Shown: positions 38,390-51,847, counted from the first letter of the whole stretch. The stretch: 63,622 nucleotides of DNA, filler included, from Octopus bimaculoides (GCF_001194135.2; 6 parts of 6 records of this genome joined end to end with filler, not necessarily neighbours in it), one strand, 5' to 3'. Notes: generated by a model not told the origin, from the letters alone. Numbers and translations are program-made.

Positions 38390-38925
38390 TGTCAAACCAT
38401 CCTTGATGAACACCTACTTGTACCTTAAATTCTTCACTGTACTCGTTACCAGCCCTCACCTGTACAGCTCTCACCAACCACCCATCTATCCCTGATTTCT
38501 GTATTGACCACCAGATAAGGGGTTTACCCTTGGATATGTATTTTTCCTGCAGCTGCCTTACCACAAGTATAGCATCAGTGGTACTTCTCCCTGACAGAAA
38601 ACCAAACTGCATCTCGTCTAGACTAACTCTCACCCTAATTAGTTGGGCTATGACCCTCTCCATGACTTCCATCACCTGATCCAACAATTTAATACCTCTG
38701 TACTTAATCTCAGGCATCACTTTTACCTTTGTAGCAGTTGACTATGGTGCTGCTACACCAGTCATTGGGTATGGCTCCTGCATGAACCACCTGATTTACT
38801 ATATGGGTGACTAGACCATAACCTTCACTGTGAGATATTTTAAGCATCGCAGCAGTAATTCCTGATGGTCTGGTGGGGCTTTCCCTATCTTCGTATCCTT
38901 AATGGCTTTATCTACCAAGATACTT
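38390..38925 (-). mobile_element. RTE LINE RT N-terminal fragment with internal deletions
   Basis: IPNDWCSSTIVNCYKGK, YRGIKLLDQVM, QFGFLSGRSTTDAI, GVHQG. Confidence 0.85.
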
Positions 38926-41155
38926 TCAAAATATATACAATATATATATAGGGCAGCGAGCTGGCAGAATCGTTAGCACACCGAGCAAAATGCTTAGTAT
39001 TTCATCTGCCTGTATTTCGTTCTGAGTTCAAATTCTGCTAAGATCGACTTTGCCTTTTACCCTTTTGGGATTGATTAAATAAGTACCAGTTGTGCACTAG
39101 GATCGATGTAATCGACTTAATCCTTTTGTCTGTCCTTGTTTGTCCCCTCTTTTTTCATAACCGTATACCTACTTTTGCACCACCCTGTGCGTGTATATAC
39201 ACACACACACACATATATATTTAGTAAATAAAATATATATAAATAAATATATATATATATATATATATATAGTATAATAGAGATTAAATTAGCAATGACG
39301 TCCATAATTAAAAATAAACGACTCTGTTAAAAATAGAAATAGGTTTTAATTCATTAAACATTTCCTTACAAAATGCTCCCAAGTTACAACTTCTGAGAAA
39401 ATTCGAGCATAGTGTAGGTGCACGCATGTATTGAGTGGTCTGAGTAGGTAAGGCAGGCAGACAGTGTCTAACCCAGACTAAATGTATTAATATTAATTAC
39501 ACCTAATTAAATATAAACGTTAAATGATTTCCAATACATTGTAAACAACCTTTTTTATTTTTTAGGACATGAAATCCATTGGGTAATTTAGATGATGGTT
39601 AATACTTTGATGAAAGCTTTCAAACTCTGTCTATATAGTAAATAGCATTTGTTATGTGGTTAAACAAACGTGCTGTCTGATCTGATCCATTAAAATAGAA
39701 TCAAAGAAACAGAAAAACAAAAAAGCTTTTATAAATGTCATACATACTGTAGTTTTAATCTAAGGCTGGGTTAACATGCAGCTTTTGTGTTTAAAAAAGT
39801 GAAAGTAAATTGATTGAAAGTGATGACGGTAGCATCTCTTAATTTCATAATGAGGACTTGAAAAGAATTGGGGAAATTCTTTTATTTTATTCACTCATGT
39901 CATGTCTTCAGGAATCTTCTTGTAAAGTACCTTCTAGTGATATCCATAAGTGCATGAATGAAATTTGTTTAGTGGGTACAAACCCAGGCTCAAAGTATTT
40001 TACAAACAGGGTTGATTTTTTAAACTTAATATCAAAACGAACACAGGTATAATAATCATGCTAATGATTCTAAAATCATTTCCACTATAGACACAAGGCC
40101 TGACATTATGGGGGAGGGGGCTAGTCAGTGAAATCGACCCCAGTGCTCAATAGGTACGTATTTAATCAACTCCAAAAGGATGAAAGGCAAGTCGAACTCA
40201 GCAGAATTTGAACTCAGAAAATAAAGACAGACGAAGTACCACTAAGCATTTTGCCTGGCATGCTAATAATTCTGCCAGTTTGCCACCTTAAACACAGGTA
40301 TAATAATAGTAATTATTATCATAAATATTATCAAACACACATTCTCAATGTATGTGCTTTGCTTTGCTTGTTCACTGGTAGGCTGTAATTTGGTGCAGTG
40401 GAGATGATTGCAGCCTACTGGTGAACAAGCAGAATGCATACATTGAGCGATGTGTGTTCGTTAATGTTTATGACATTAGTGCTGCCTCTAATTCAAATTT
40501 GAATTATTATTATATTTGCACAGCAAGGCCACAAGCTGGCAGAATAATTAGTATGATGAGAAAATGCTTAGTAGCATTTCACCCATCTTTGCATTTTGAG
40601 TTCAAATTCCACCAGGGTTGACTTTGCCTCTAATCATTTCAGGGTTGATAGAATAAGTACCAGTTGAAATCTGGGCCCAATATTATCAACTGTCCTGCTC
40701 CCACAAATTTCAGGTTTTGTACCTTAAACAGAAAGCATTATTATATTTCTATATCAATGCAGTAAGCTGGCAGAATCATCAGCATATGTTTTTGTTTCAG
40801 TCATTTGACTGCAGCCATGCTGGAGCACTGCTTTTAGTTGAACAAATCCACCCCAGGACTTATTCTTTGTAAGCCTACTACTTATTCTATCGGTCTCTTA
40901 TGCTGAACCGCTAGGTTACAGGGATATAAACACAGCAACATCGGTTGTCAAGTGAAGGTGTGGGGACAAACACAGACACACAAACATATATATATATTTA
41001 TATACGATGAGCTTCTTTCAATTTCCGTCTACCAAATCCACTCACAAGCCTGAAGCTATAGTAGAAAACACTTGCCCAAGCTGTCATACAATGGGACTGA
41101 ACCCAGAAACATGTTGCTGGGAAGCAAGCTACTTACCACACAGCCACTCCTGCAC

Positions 41156-41254
<99 letters not shown>

Positions 41255-42394
41255 CCCTGAATTGTGGCACAATATGGATAGATTTCGGAATACCAACGAA
41301 CTTTTATGTAAATGTATCAACTTAACGGATAAACATATTACAATGGATATTACAATGGATAATACCAAGTGGACTTCCCCTTTTTCTCTCTCTTTTTTCT
41401 TTCTGACTACTTCTTTGTGATATAATCTTGGGAAAGAATATATTTGCGGCTGAAGATAGCTTTAAACCATCCTCTCTATCAATTATATACTCATATAATG
41501 ATGCAATGACTGGTTGTGTATAAAGCTTGAAACATGTGTACCGCGGAATCCTTTGTGTTCTGTTTTAATTTTACGTTTTTAATTTATATATATATATATA
41601 AATACACACACACATACATACACATGTATACATATATATGTATATACATATGTATATATATCAAAAGCTATGAAATGAGAAAGATCCCTGTGGCTGTTAT
41701 TCAAGGACACTATCAGTGTCTTCAGTCCCATATGCTCTGCCTATCTCATATCGGTTTTCTCAGCGACTTCCACTCAAAAGAGAAACAGTGTCCTGGAAGA
41801 GGAGGAGGAGGAGGAGGAATATTTTGGGTTGAGACTGTCATCACATTTGATGGACTGTCGTAAGCAAAATAAGCAGTATCACAAAACTTGTAAACAAACT
41901 GCTTTACACCAAAGCAAACACTATCACTAATGATATTCCATAAACACTAAAATTTAGACCCTTCTTGTCAGTAACAAACCACAGATATGTAGACGCAGTG
42001 AAAAGAATTACTAACAAATGTGATGTATGAATCCTCATGCAAATCTGAAAGTTGTCAACTTGCCAACTACAACTATCACATCAGCCATATAAGTACAACA
42101 CTGCCCCGTCAACTTACTATGCGCTTACTACAAAGAGCAATCAGAACAAACTATGTCACCACCGCACAACAAAAGCAAATAGGAAAGGCATTAGTGAGCA
42201 AAATATTTGTCATTTACTTAATTACCCTTAAAAATAGATATTTGATGACGGAAGCAATATGCAGAGCAGCACAGTATAAGGCTAAAATAAACTTGCAGTT
42301 AAAAATACATTTATCATAAATGTAAATAAGGACTGACTGATGATGCGGTGTAAATGTAATGGCAGAAGCCTCAAATTCTGGCAGTTATGCCTGT

Positions 42395-42449
<55 letters not shown>

Positions 42450-42741
42450 ACACATACATACATATATATATACATACATATATATATATATATATAAATG
42501 CATATATATGTATACACATACATATATATATANNNNNNNNNNNNNNNNNNNNNNNNNNNNNNNNNNNNNNNNNNNNNNNNNNNNNNNNNNNNNNNNNNNN
42601 NNNNNNNNNNNNNNNNNNNNNNNNNNNNNNNNNNNNNNNNNNNNNNNNNNNNNNNNNNNNNNNNNNNNNNNNNNNNNNNNNNNNNNNNNNNNNNNNNNNN
42701 NNNNNNNNNNNNNNNNNNNNNNNNNNNNNNNNNNNNNNNNN

Positions 42742-42785
<44 letters not shown>

Positions 42786-42880
42786 GTATATCATATGTAT
42801 GTGAATCTATATAAATGTGTGTATGTATATGCATAGATAATGTATATGTGTATATACATTTATATACATACATATATAAG

Positions 42881-42912
<32 letters not shown>

Positions 42913-43589
42913 TTTATGTTTATCTAATTTAGTGGTAGCTTCTCATATCTGAGAAAGAAAATTCTGCAGTTTCAGGCTAAAATATCAGGCCAAATGATTT
43001 GTTCATGGTGATTAGATGTTTGCACGTACAATGGCTCGCCCCTTTCCATCCAATGCTCTGCATTTGTACAATAATGTCCGCACAGGCACACAATCTGTCA
43101 TATGTCAGATGTCCAAGTGATCACAATGTAAAGTGAAATGGAAAAGGTTTTTTCCAAGAACACAAGGCACCACCTGACCTGGGAATCAACATATGCATAT
43201 ATATCTAGCTATTCATGTATACATATATATCTGAAGATGGCTTAACGGGGTGAAACTTCGAAGTCACTGCCAATAATATTCTTGTTTAAGAATGATAAAT
43301 TTCTACTCTATAACACTATAAATTTATCAGATTAATGTAAAATTGTTTTTATTATAACTGGCCATAAAAGCAAACATTAACACACACACACGCACACACA
43401 CACACACACACGAAACCAAATATTAAACTCTTTCCAAATTATTATCACTCTCATAACATTTATAAATTTTAAATATGCAAGGTGCAGTGAATATATTGTT
43501 GTGTATATTACGCAAAAATGAAAATAACATTGATGTCTCATTTTAACACATATATTCACCAAAATTACATAAAAATGTCTTGAAATACT

Positions 43590-44095
43590 AAAGAGTAAAT
43601 ATATTCAATAAAATCGTCATTGGCTTCAACCACAGCCTCCAGACAACTTCGGAATCTTCTGCAAATTTTCTAGATGGTCTCCTTGTTTAAATTGGTGAAT
43701 GCTGCCATAATTCTTGCCTTCAGTTCATTTTTGGTGTTACAAGGAGTTTTGTTGGTCTTTCACTCAACTGTGCACCACACATTTTAATCAAGGGGATTTC
43801 AGTCTGGGGAGTCAGGTGGTCAGATGTTAGGGGTCATGTGCTCGCAGGAATTGTCTGACAGCCATGACTGGGTTCTCCTGCTTGTGTGGCATGGTGCAGA
43901 GTCCTGTTACCAAACATAGGGTCTTCCAGCAGCCACCCTCTTCACTCAGGGCAGCACTACCTCCTTCAGACACTTGATGTAGGCCTCCATGTTGAGTCTA
44001 GGGCCATGAATGGAGGCATAATGTTGCCATCACTAGTAATCACTCCAAACACCATCATGTTGACTGGATGCTTGCTTTTTATCATTCTCAGTACA
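43590..44095 (-). mobile_element. Tc1/mariner (maT/DD37D-like) transposase C-terminal relic
   Basis: HPVNMMVFGVITSDG, QDS--HTSRRTQSWL, PPDSPD-NPLD, TKNELKARIMAAF. Confidence 0.8.
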
Positions 44096-44148
44096 TGTCC
44101 ACAGATTGAAATGTAAACACTCTGAAATGTTCATATTGGAGCTTTCCG

Positions 44149-44248
44149 NNNNNNNNNNNNNNNNNNNNNNNNNNNNNNNNNNNNNNNNNNNNTTAATTAA
44201 TTAANNNNNNNNNNNNNNNNNNNNNNNNNNNNNNNNNNNNNNNNNNNN
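44149..44248. other. Artificial scaffold join
   Basis: 44N-TTAATTAATTAA-44N. Confidence 0.95.
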
Positions 44249-44281
44249 TATATATATATATATATATGTATGTATATAAAA

Positions 44282-44545
44282 TACAAAATGGGACAAGAAC
44301 GCAAAACATCCAGGCAGGAATCTAATGCACTGATCTTAGTTTTTCCTTGGGGCTGGTCAGATTGGAGCAATCTCGAGTATAACCAGCCGAAATTGCAATG
44401 ATAATCTGGAACTCGACTGAGGAAAGAAAACTCCGAATGATCCGCCCGTCCTTGTTTTCTTTGGATCGTCTATCTGGATGTTTTGTTGTTCCTTTTTTGT
44501 ATCACCTAACTGTCTGGATGTTTTGCGTTCTTGTTCGATTTTGTA
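44282..44545. mobile_element. MITE-like element with 32-bp inverted ends
   Basis: tacaaaatgggacaagaacgcaaaacatccag versus ctggatgttttgcgttcttgttcgattttgta (30/32). Confidence 0.75.
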
Positions 44546-45207
44546 TGATATATATGTGTGTCTATGTTTGTCCCCCCAACCGATTTGTTTATGGTAATGT
44601 TTAAGGGTATACAAATAATGCTCCTATTTCATTATGCCGGCTACCGTCTGATGATAAGGACTAGCGAGTCAGTTTTTGGGGGTTGCATCATGACTATACC
44701 AATATAATGTAGAATAAATATAATAATAACAGTAATTCTAGAATGGAATTAATAAATGTTTAATACAATGCTACGCACGTTTCCACAAATTACATGACTT
44801 TAACGTCAGAGTCTGTATCTTTTGGATGGGTATCGTAGAATCTGTTATTATCCGTAGGCATTCGCTTGATCATCATTATTGATTCATTCCATTAGGTGAT
44901 ACTGCATTAGTGGATGATTCACAGAGGGATGTTTATCCCTTCTTGCCAGTAGGAAGGCCAATCAAGCTATATATAATTAATATAAACAGCCAGGAAAAAC
45001 TCAGTCATCACTAAGTGTGACTAAGGATGCTGAAGCACTGACATTTCTACAAATAAGAGTTTGAAAACTCTTAACGCTGTAAAAGGAACGCAAATGCATA
45101 CACTCATACTGACAGGGTAGGAAACTGCCTCATGGCTGACTCGAGGATCTTGGTGCGTGTGTGTGCAAAAGAAACTGATGGCGAAGATAAAAATAAATAG
45201 ACAGATA

Positions 45208-45915
45208 GGTGTAGGTGTGGCTGTGTGGTAAGTAGCTTCCTTACCAACCACATGGTTCCCGGTTCAGTCCCACTGCGTGGCATCTTGGGCAAGTGTCTTC
45301 TACTATAGCCTCGGGCCGACCAAAATAGCCTTGTGAGTGAATTTGGAAGACGGAAACTGAAAGAAAGCGACGGCGAGCTGGCAGAATCGTTAGCGCGCCG
45401 GGCGAAATGCTTAGCGGTATTTCATCTGCCGTTACGTTCTGAGTTCGAATTCCGCCGAGATCGACTTTGCCTTTCATTCTTTCGAGGTCGATAAATTAAG
45501 TACCAGATACGCACTGGGGTCGATGTAATCGACTTAATCTCTTTGTCTGTCCTTGTCTGTCCCCTCTATGTTTAGCCCCTTGTGGGTAATAAAGAAATAG
45601 GAAACTGAAAGAAACCTGTCATGTATATATATCTGTACATGTGTGTGTAAGTGTGTGTGTTTGTGTCTGTATTTGCCGTCGTCCTCCACACCGTTTGACA
45701 ACCGGTGTTGGTGTGTTTACGTCCCCGTAACTGATCGTTACGGCAAAAACAAAACGATAGTATAAGTACCTGGTTTCAAAATAGATGAATAAGTAAATAA
45801 ATACATAAATAAATAAATAAATAAATACAAGTACTGCGGTTGGATTCGTTCGACTAAGAATTCTCCGAGGCAGTGCTCCAGCATGGCCGCAGTCTATGAC
45901 TGAAACAAGTAAAAG
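45208..45915 (+). mobile_element. SINE S1 split by a nested SINE S2 (45367-45599)
   Basis: 15-bp TSD ggaaactgaaagaaa at 45352-45366 and 45600-45614; S1 resumes afterwards. Confidence 0.9.
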
Positions 45916-46024
45916 ATGAAAAAGTCGAAACATAGCAACAACAGAATCTAACTGTTCAGCAACAATAACTACAGCAATACCTACCACTAGGACTACAGAA
46001 ATATGAACCACATCAATGTTTTGA

Positions 46025-46410
46025 AGGAAGGCGTGGCCCCTGTGGTAAGAATCTTCCTTCCAAACCACTTGGTTTCGGGTTCAGTCCTAATGCATGGCAC
46101 CTTGGCCAAGTGTCTTCTACTGTAGCCTCGGGTCGACTGAAGCCTTGTGAGTGGATTTCGTAGACGGAAACTGAAAGAAGCCTGTCGTGTATGTATGCGT
46201 GTGTGTGTCTTTCCGTCTGTTTGTCCCCCACATCCCTCACCAATTGACATCTGGTGTCGGTGTGTTTGCATCCCTGTAACTTAGCGGTTCAGCATAAGAG
46301 ACCGAGAGACTTAGAAAATAAGAACTGTGGTCGATTCATTCGACTAAACATTCAAGGCAGTGCCCCAGTATGGCTGCAGTCTAATGACTGAAACAAGTAA
46401 AAGATGAACG
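46025..46410 (+). mobile_element. SINE S1 copy
   Basis: Same head, core and tail as 2356-2786. Other S1 copies: 40790-41160(-), 55150-55380(-), 57048-57476(+), 59560-60010(-), 62566-62975(-). Confidence 0.8.
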
Positions 46411-47550
46411 GTAAAATATAAGAACGAATGAGGAATTTACTAAGCGAATTGTTAGAACTTCAAATACCATTCTTTGCAGGAATTTTTCCGCTTTTTCACG
46501 TCCTGGGATCCAACACCTGAATTTATCTCTTAAAGTTTGTATCAATATGAAGCTTTAATTGGAAAAAGAAAATTTTTTAAAAAAAGTATACCGAAAGTGT
46601 AATGGATTGAACCCGAGATCCACGAGGCTGAAGCAAACTTCATGCCTGCACCCACAGCAATAAAATAACAAAATGGCAACAACACAACTGTGAAACATCA
46701 AAAGCTCAATAGAAATATATTTGCATATTTTCCCCTCTGACCGAAAGGTCATCGAGAATAAATTGTGGTAACATTCCGATTTTTTAATGTTCAATTGCAT
46801 TCCATTCCCATGACCCCTAGGCCTACATCACAAGGAGATCAGCCTCCGTTAACCATCCTCTTCCCGCCAACTCCCAGTTTATATAAACCCTATCACTAAA
46901 ATCCTTAATCGTAGTATTATGAAGGCTGTGACTTGTTCCGTTCCTGTGTGACTATGCCCTCTTCACCTCTCGTCGTGTACAGTCTTTATAGTATAGAATA
47001 TATGCGAGGATGTAAGCCAACCCCGCCACTAAAAAAAGAAATTGATAAATAAGCCACCGAGAGTAAAATGGCGCAAATTACGACGCCTACTCCTTGATAG
47101 GTGCTCTCTTTCAACCGATATGTCTGTGTGCGTAGGTGAGTGCATGTATGGGTGTGTGAGTTTGGGAATATGCCCAGTGTGAAGCGGAGAAGACCATGGT
47201 TTAAATGCGTATTCGGTACATATTATGGTTTGATGTGTCTAATGGTATCAAGTGGATATGTCTGTTGGTAGCAAGAGGCCCCCACAAGGAACCCGTCCGT
47301 TTCAACGGGTCTAGTAGTCAAATTTAGATTATCAAGGGTAAATATTTCTTTATGTGGGCGTGGATGTGTGTTAAGAGGTTTGCTTCCCACCCACATGGTT
47401 CCGGGTTCAGTCCCACTCCGTGGCACCTTAGGCGAGTATCTTCTACTGTAGCCTCACTCCGGCCAAAGTCTTCTTAGTGGATATGAGAGACAGAAACAAA
47501 AGGAAACCTGTCGTATATGTGTGTGTATGTGTGTGCATGTGTGTGTGTGT

Positions 47551-47589
<39 letters not shown>

Positions 47590-47952
47590 GAGGTTGTTTG
47601 ACAACAAGGTCAAGGTAAGCTCTGATTGGCCGTATGTAAATGAGTTCATTACTGGGGTCCGGAACTCTCGTGGGGAAAACATTTCGCTGGATGCTACACA
47701 CTATAGCTACGCTAGTGTTTGTGAGTGAATTTGAAAGATGGAATCTGTACGAATGTCCACCATATATATTAATATGCGTGTACATGTGTTTGCATGTGCG
47801 TGCGTGCGTGCGTGCATGTAAGTATGTATGTATGTATGTATGTATGTATCGTAATCGTGTAAACAATGAAGAGGCTTAAAATACAAAGTATATTTGTTTG
47901 GCAGATATATGAATATCATATAAATAAAAACATACATGCATGNNNNNNNNNN

Positions 47953-48014
<62 letters not shown>

Positions 48015-48419
48015 TGTGTGTGTCTGTGTGTACATATATATATATATCTGTGCGTATGTGTATGCATACATATATTCATACCTACATGCTACATGTATAT
48101 GTATATACGTGTGCATATATTTAAAGAGTGAGAGAATGAGAGGGAGAGAGAGCAAAAGGAGCAGGGTGAGAGTTTATTAGCAAGTGCAGAATTTGAACAA
48201 CACAGACACAGAACATCACGTGACAACTAGACCGTGCTGAAACGGGGCAAAGACATATGTGTGTGACTGACTGCGTACGTGCGTGCGTGTGTGTGTGTGT
48301 TTGTGTGTGTGTGTGCGTGTGTGGTCAGTTTGATTCCTGTCCAACACCATTTTTTTTCGTCTTGGTGCAATGCAGCTAGATTCTCTTCTTGTCTATTTTC
48401 CCAATTGCATTCAGAGTTA

Positions 48420-48433
48420 TAATAATAATAATA

Positions 48434-48487
<54 letters not shown>

Positions 48488-48490
48488 GTT

Positions 48491-48527
<37 letters not shown>

Positions 48528-48866
48528 GTTGTTATTGCTATAATTATTATTATTATCATTATTATTATTATTATTATTTCTTACTCGTAGTTTTATTGTT
48601 GTTACTATTGTTTTTGTTGTTGTTGTGGTTGTTGCTGTTGCTCTTGTCGCCGTTGATGATGCTACTGCTGCTGCTGCTGCTGCTGCTGTTGTTGTTGTTG
48701 TTATGGTACTTTTCAAAATTGAAAAACAACAAGTTATTATTAGTAAAATGAAAAAAAATCAAGAGACACTACGTGTCGACTCCCACGTGGCTAATAAAAA
48801 TCACTTCAATAATGATACCAAGAATTATTATTATGATTATAATTATCATCATTATCATCATCATCA

Positions 48867-48901
<35 letters not shown>

Positions 48902-48905
48902 GTCG
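48420..48905 (+). repeat. Compound (TTA)n/(TTG)n/(CTG)n/(TCA)n microsatellite field
   Basis: Read directly. Confidence 0.95.
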
Positions 48906-49042
48906 CTATTTTTGGTGTTGTTATTGTTGCTACCATCAATATAGTTGTTGTTTTAAACAGCAATAAAATGTACCGGAATCGCATGCTCAGAGGTACAACC
49001 ACGCATTTGCTGGAGGTTAATAAGAATTCACTTCCAGTCACA

Positions 49043-49133
<91 letters not shown>

Positions 49134-49299
49134 GCACACAGATGCGAACACAAATGAACACACATAAATCCTCACACGGAGACACACAGACATAAACAAC
49201 CCACATACACGCACGCGCTTAATCGCATATTAGCAAAGAAACATTTTTTAAAAAAATTATTTGTAAAGATTTTTGACGTGGTACCATGGGATTCATAGT

Positions 49300-49399
49300 N
49301 NNNNNNNNNNNNNNNNNNNNNNNNNNNNNNNNNNNNNNNNNNNTTAATTAATTAANNNNNNNNNNNNNNNNNNNNNNNNNNNNNNNNNNNNNNNNNNNN
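49300..49399. other. Artificial scaffold join
   Basis: 44N-TTAATTAATTAA-44N. Confidence 0.95.
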
Positions 49400-49477
<78 letters not shown>

Positions 49478-50779
49478 AAACATTAAGTTGTGAGAAGAGG
49501 AAGAGAGGACGTCGAGAAAGTAATAATTAAGTAATGCTCCACAACTCCCAACCAAAAACAACAGATCTTCCTCTTCAGGATCACGATACATTTTAACCTC
49601 TTCAGCAGGAAAGCTTGGATCAGACACACAACAGTGTACTGTTCCCACTTTTGGGATGATGTTACGCGTAGAAGCTTCTCAGAACGAATCTCCCAAATGA
49701 CCACCCCGCCCGGTTACTCACCAACACACAGACATTCTGGATCTTCCCTCTGCCGCTCCTACCCTTAACTAGAATTACCTCTACCTCTCAGAACCAGCAT
49801 ATCTCCACTTGAGTCCTTCCAATTCATTCATCTGTCTTCTTATCAACCATGTTGGGTACAACACTCCCAAGATTTTCCCCTGCAATTCCACCCCACAATC
49901 CATCTTTTTACTGCAGCCGTCTACTAGCAGCTGTTCAAGAACATCAGCCGTGTCCGTCTCACCGGTCACAGAGGGCCTTTACAGGTTATGGGTTCATTCC
50001 TTCTTCCAGGCTGAACCGATGAGAAATAACTTAGACTTGGTAAGAAATAGTTTCCACTTAAAAACCCAAGCAAAACAACGTTAACGTGCCCAATAACTTG
50101 AAGTTAAGATAAGAGCAGCTTCGAAGTTTCACTGAAACAGAAGTCATCTATGTTTCATACTTAATGTAAATACATCGTTTAAAGGCAAATTTACTGCAGT
50201 ATTCGTCCAGAGATAACAACTATTGTAGACGGGCAATGTTTAAAAAAACTATGTGTGTGTGTGTCATATTCTAAGAGTTGATTTCAAATTTTGGCACGAG
50301 GCCAGTAAATTCAGTAGAGGGGGTAAGTCGATTACACCGACTGCAGTACATGACTGGTACTTACTTTATTGACTCCTAAAAGCAAAGTCGACCTCGGCGT
50401 CATTTGAACTCAGAATGTAACGACGTGCTAAATGCCGCTAAACACTTTGTCCGGCTTGCTAACGACTCTGCCAGCTCACCGCTTTAACAATTCGACGCAT
50501 TGATAACTGAGTAGCTTTCAAAATGAATAACTGACGATAATCAAGGGAAACTCTACAAATGGATAAAAACATAAATTTTTGTCTATGTAAAGGATAAGGA
50601 AATATATTAATTCATACGAAACTAATTCATGACACATCTTGTTGCTGATCATATTCTTCTTTATTAAGGGGTTAAAATTTATGAACTTCCATGACAAATA
50701 TCCCTTCACGAGGAAACTGTCTTCGTACACAACACTTATGAATTAATATGCTGATTTTACTAATCAACAATAATAGATA

Positions 50780-51428
50780 TACAGGGTTATTAAAAAAAAA
50801 ATGAACCGATTTCATTACGCAATATTTTAACAAGGCAAAGCAATAGAAAACTCCAGCTAAGTCACACGTATTTACTCACAATCAACTTTTATTTCCTGTC
50901 TTACAAGTGTTCAATGTGGCCACAACCTGCAGCATGGGCAACATCAATGCGTTAAGAGAATTCCTCCCAGACGCGTATCAGCATATCCCGATCCACTGAG
51001 TTGATCGCTGTTGTTATTCGATGGTTAAGGTCATCGAGGTGAGTGGGTAGCGGTGGGACATAAACGCGATCTTTTACATATCCCCACAAGAAAAAATCAC
51101 ACAACAGCGATCAACTCAGTTGGACCGTGATACTCTGATACGCGTCTGGGAAGAATTCTCTTATCGCATTGATGCTGTCCATGCTGCAGGTGGTGGCCAC
51201 ATTGAACACTTGTAAGACGAGAAATAAAAGTTGATTGGGAGTAAATACTTGTGATTTAGCCGGAGTTTTCTATTGATTTTCCTTATTAAAATACTTGTGA
51301 TTTAGCCGGAGTTTTCTATTGATTTTCCTTATTAAAATACTTGTGATTTAGCCGGAGTTTTCTATTGATTTTCCTTATTAAAATATTGCAAAATGAAATC
51401 GGTTCATTTTTTTTTTTATAACCCTGTA
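50780..51428. mobile_element. Palindromic Tc1/mariner-derived element made of two transposase 3' ends
   Basis: TA-CAGGGTT...AACCCTG-TA. Arms 50782-51014 and 51101-51426 are reverse complements, and both encode ...GHIEHL*. Confidence 0.9.
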
Positions 51429-51784
51429 GAATAACAGGAATGAAAACACGTACACCAATCAACCCATGTTCTTAGTTATTCTGTCTGTCTATTCTTTTTA
51501 ACTGCTTATTTATCTAAGTACCTTTCTGCTTTTTTATCAATGTACCTACTTATCTACACGTCCATATACCTTCCAACACACCCATCTACTCACGCTCATA
51601 CATAGTAATCCATCTGTCACTCTGTCTATTTATCTACCAGTCATTCATCTAACCACTCATCCATATGTATACCTATATATCTGACTATCAACCCATCTAG
51701 TTAGCTACCTACATGTGCATCCACCGTTTACCTCTCAATTTATCTATGGATTTATTTGTCTACTTGTTCGCCCAACCACTGAAC

Positions 51785-51785
51785 C

Positions 51786-51847
<62 letters not shown>

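Noticed and set aside
38060-38925. Opposed RTE fragments as a twin-priming inversion
   Set aside because: The inverted RT piece lies downstream of the tail, the wrong geometry; more likely two separate insertions.
41690-41870. Possible plus-strand exon with a poly-E/G run and gtaagc donor
   Set aside because: Weak acceptor, no recognisable protein, and the run is a (GAG)n microsatellite.
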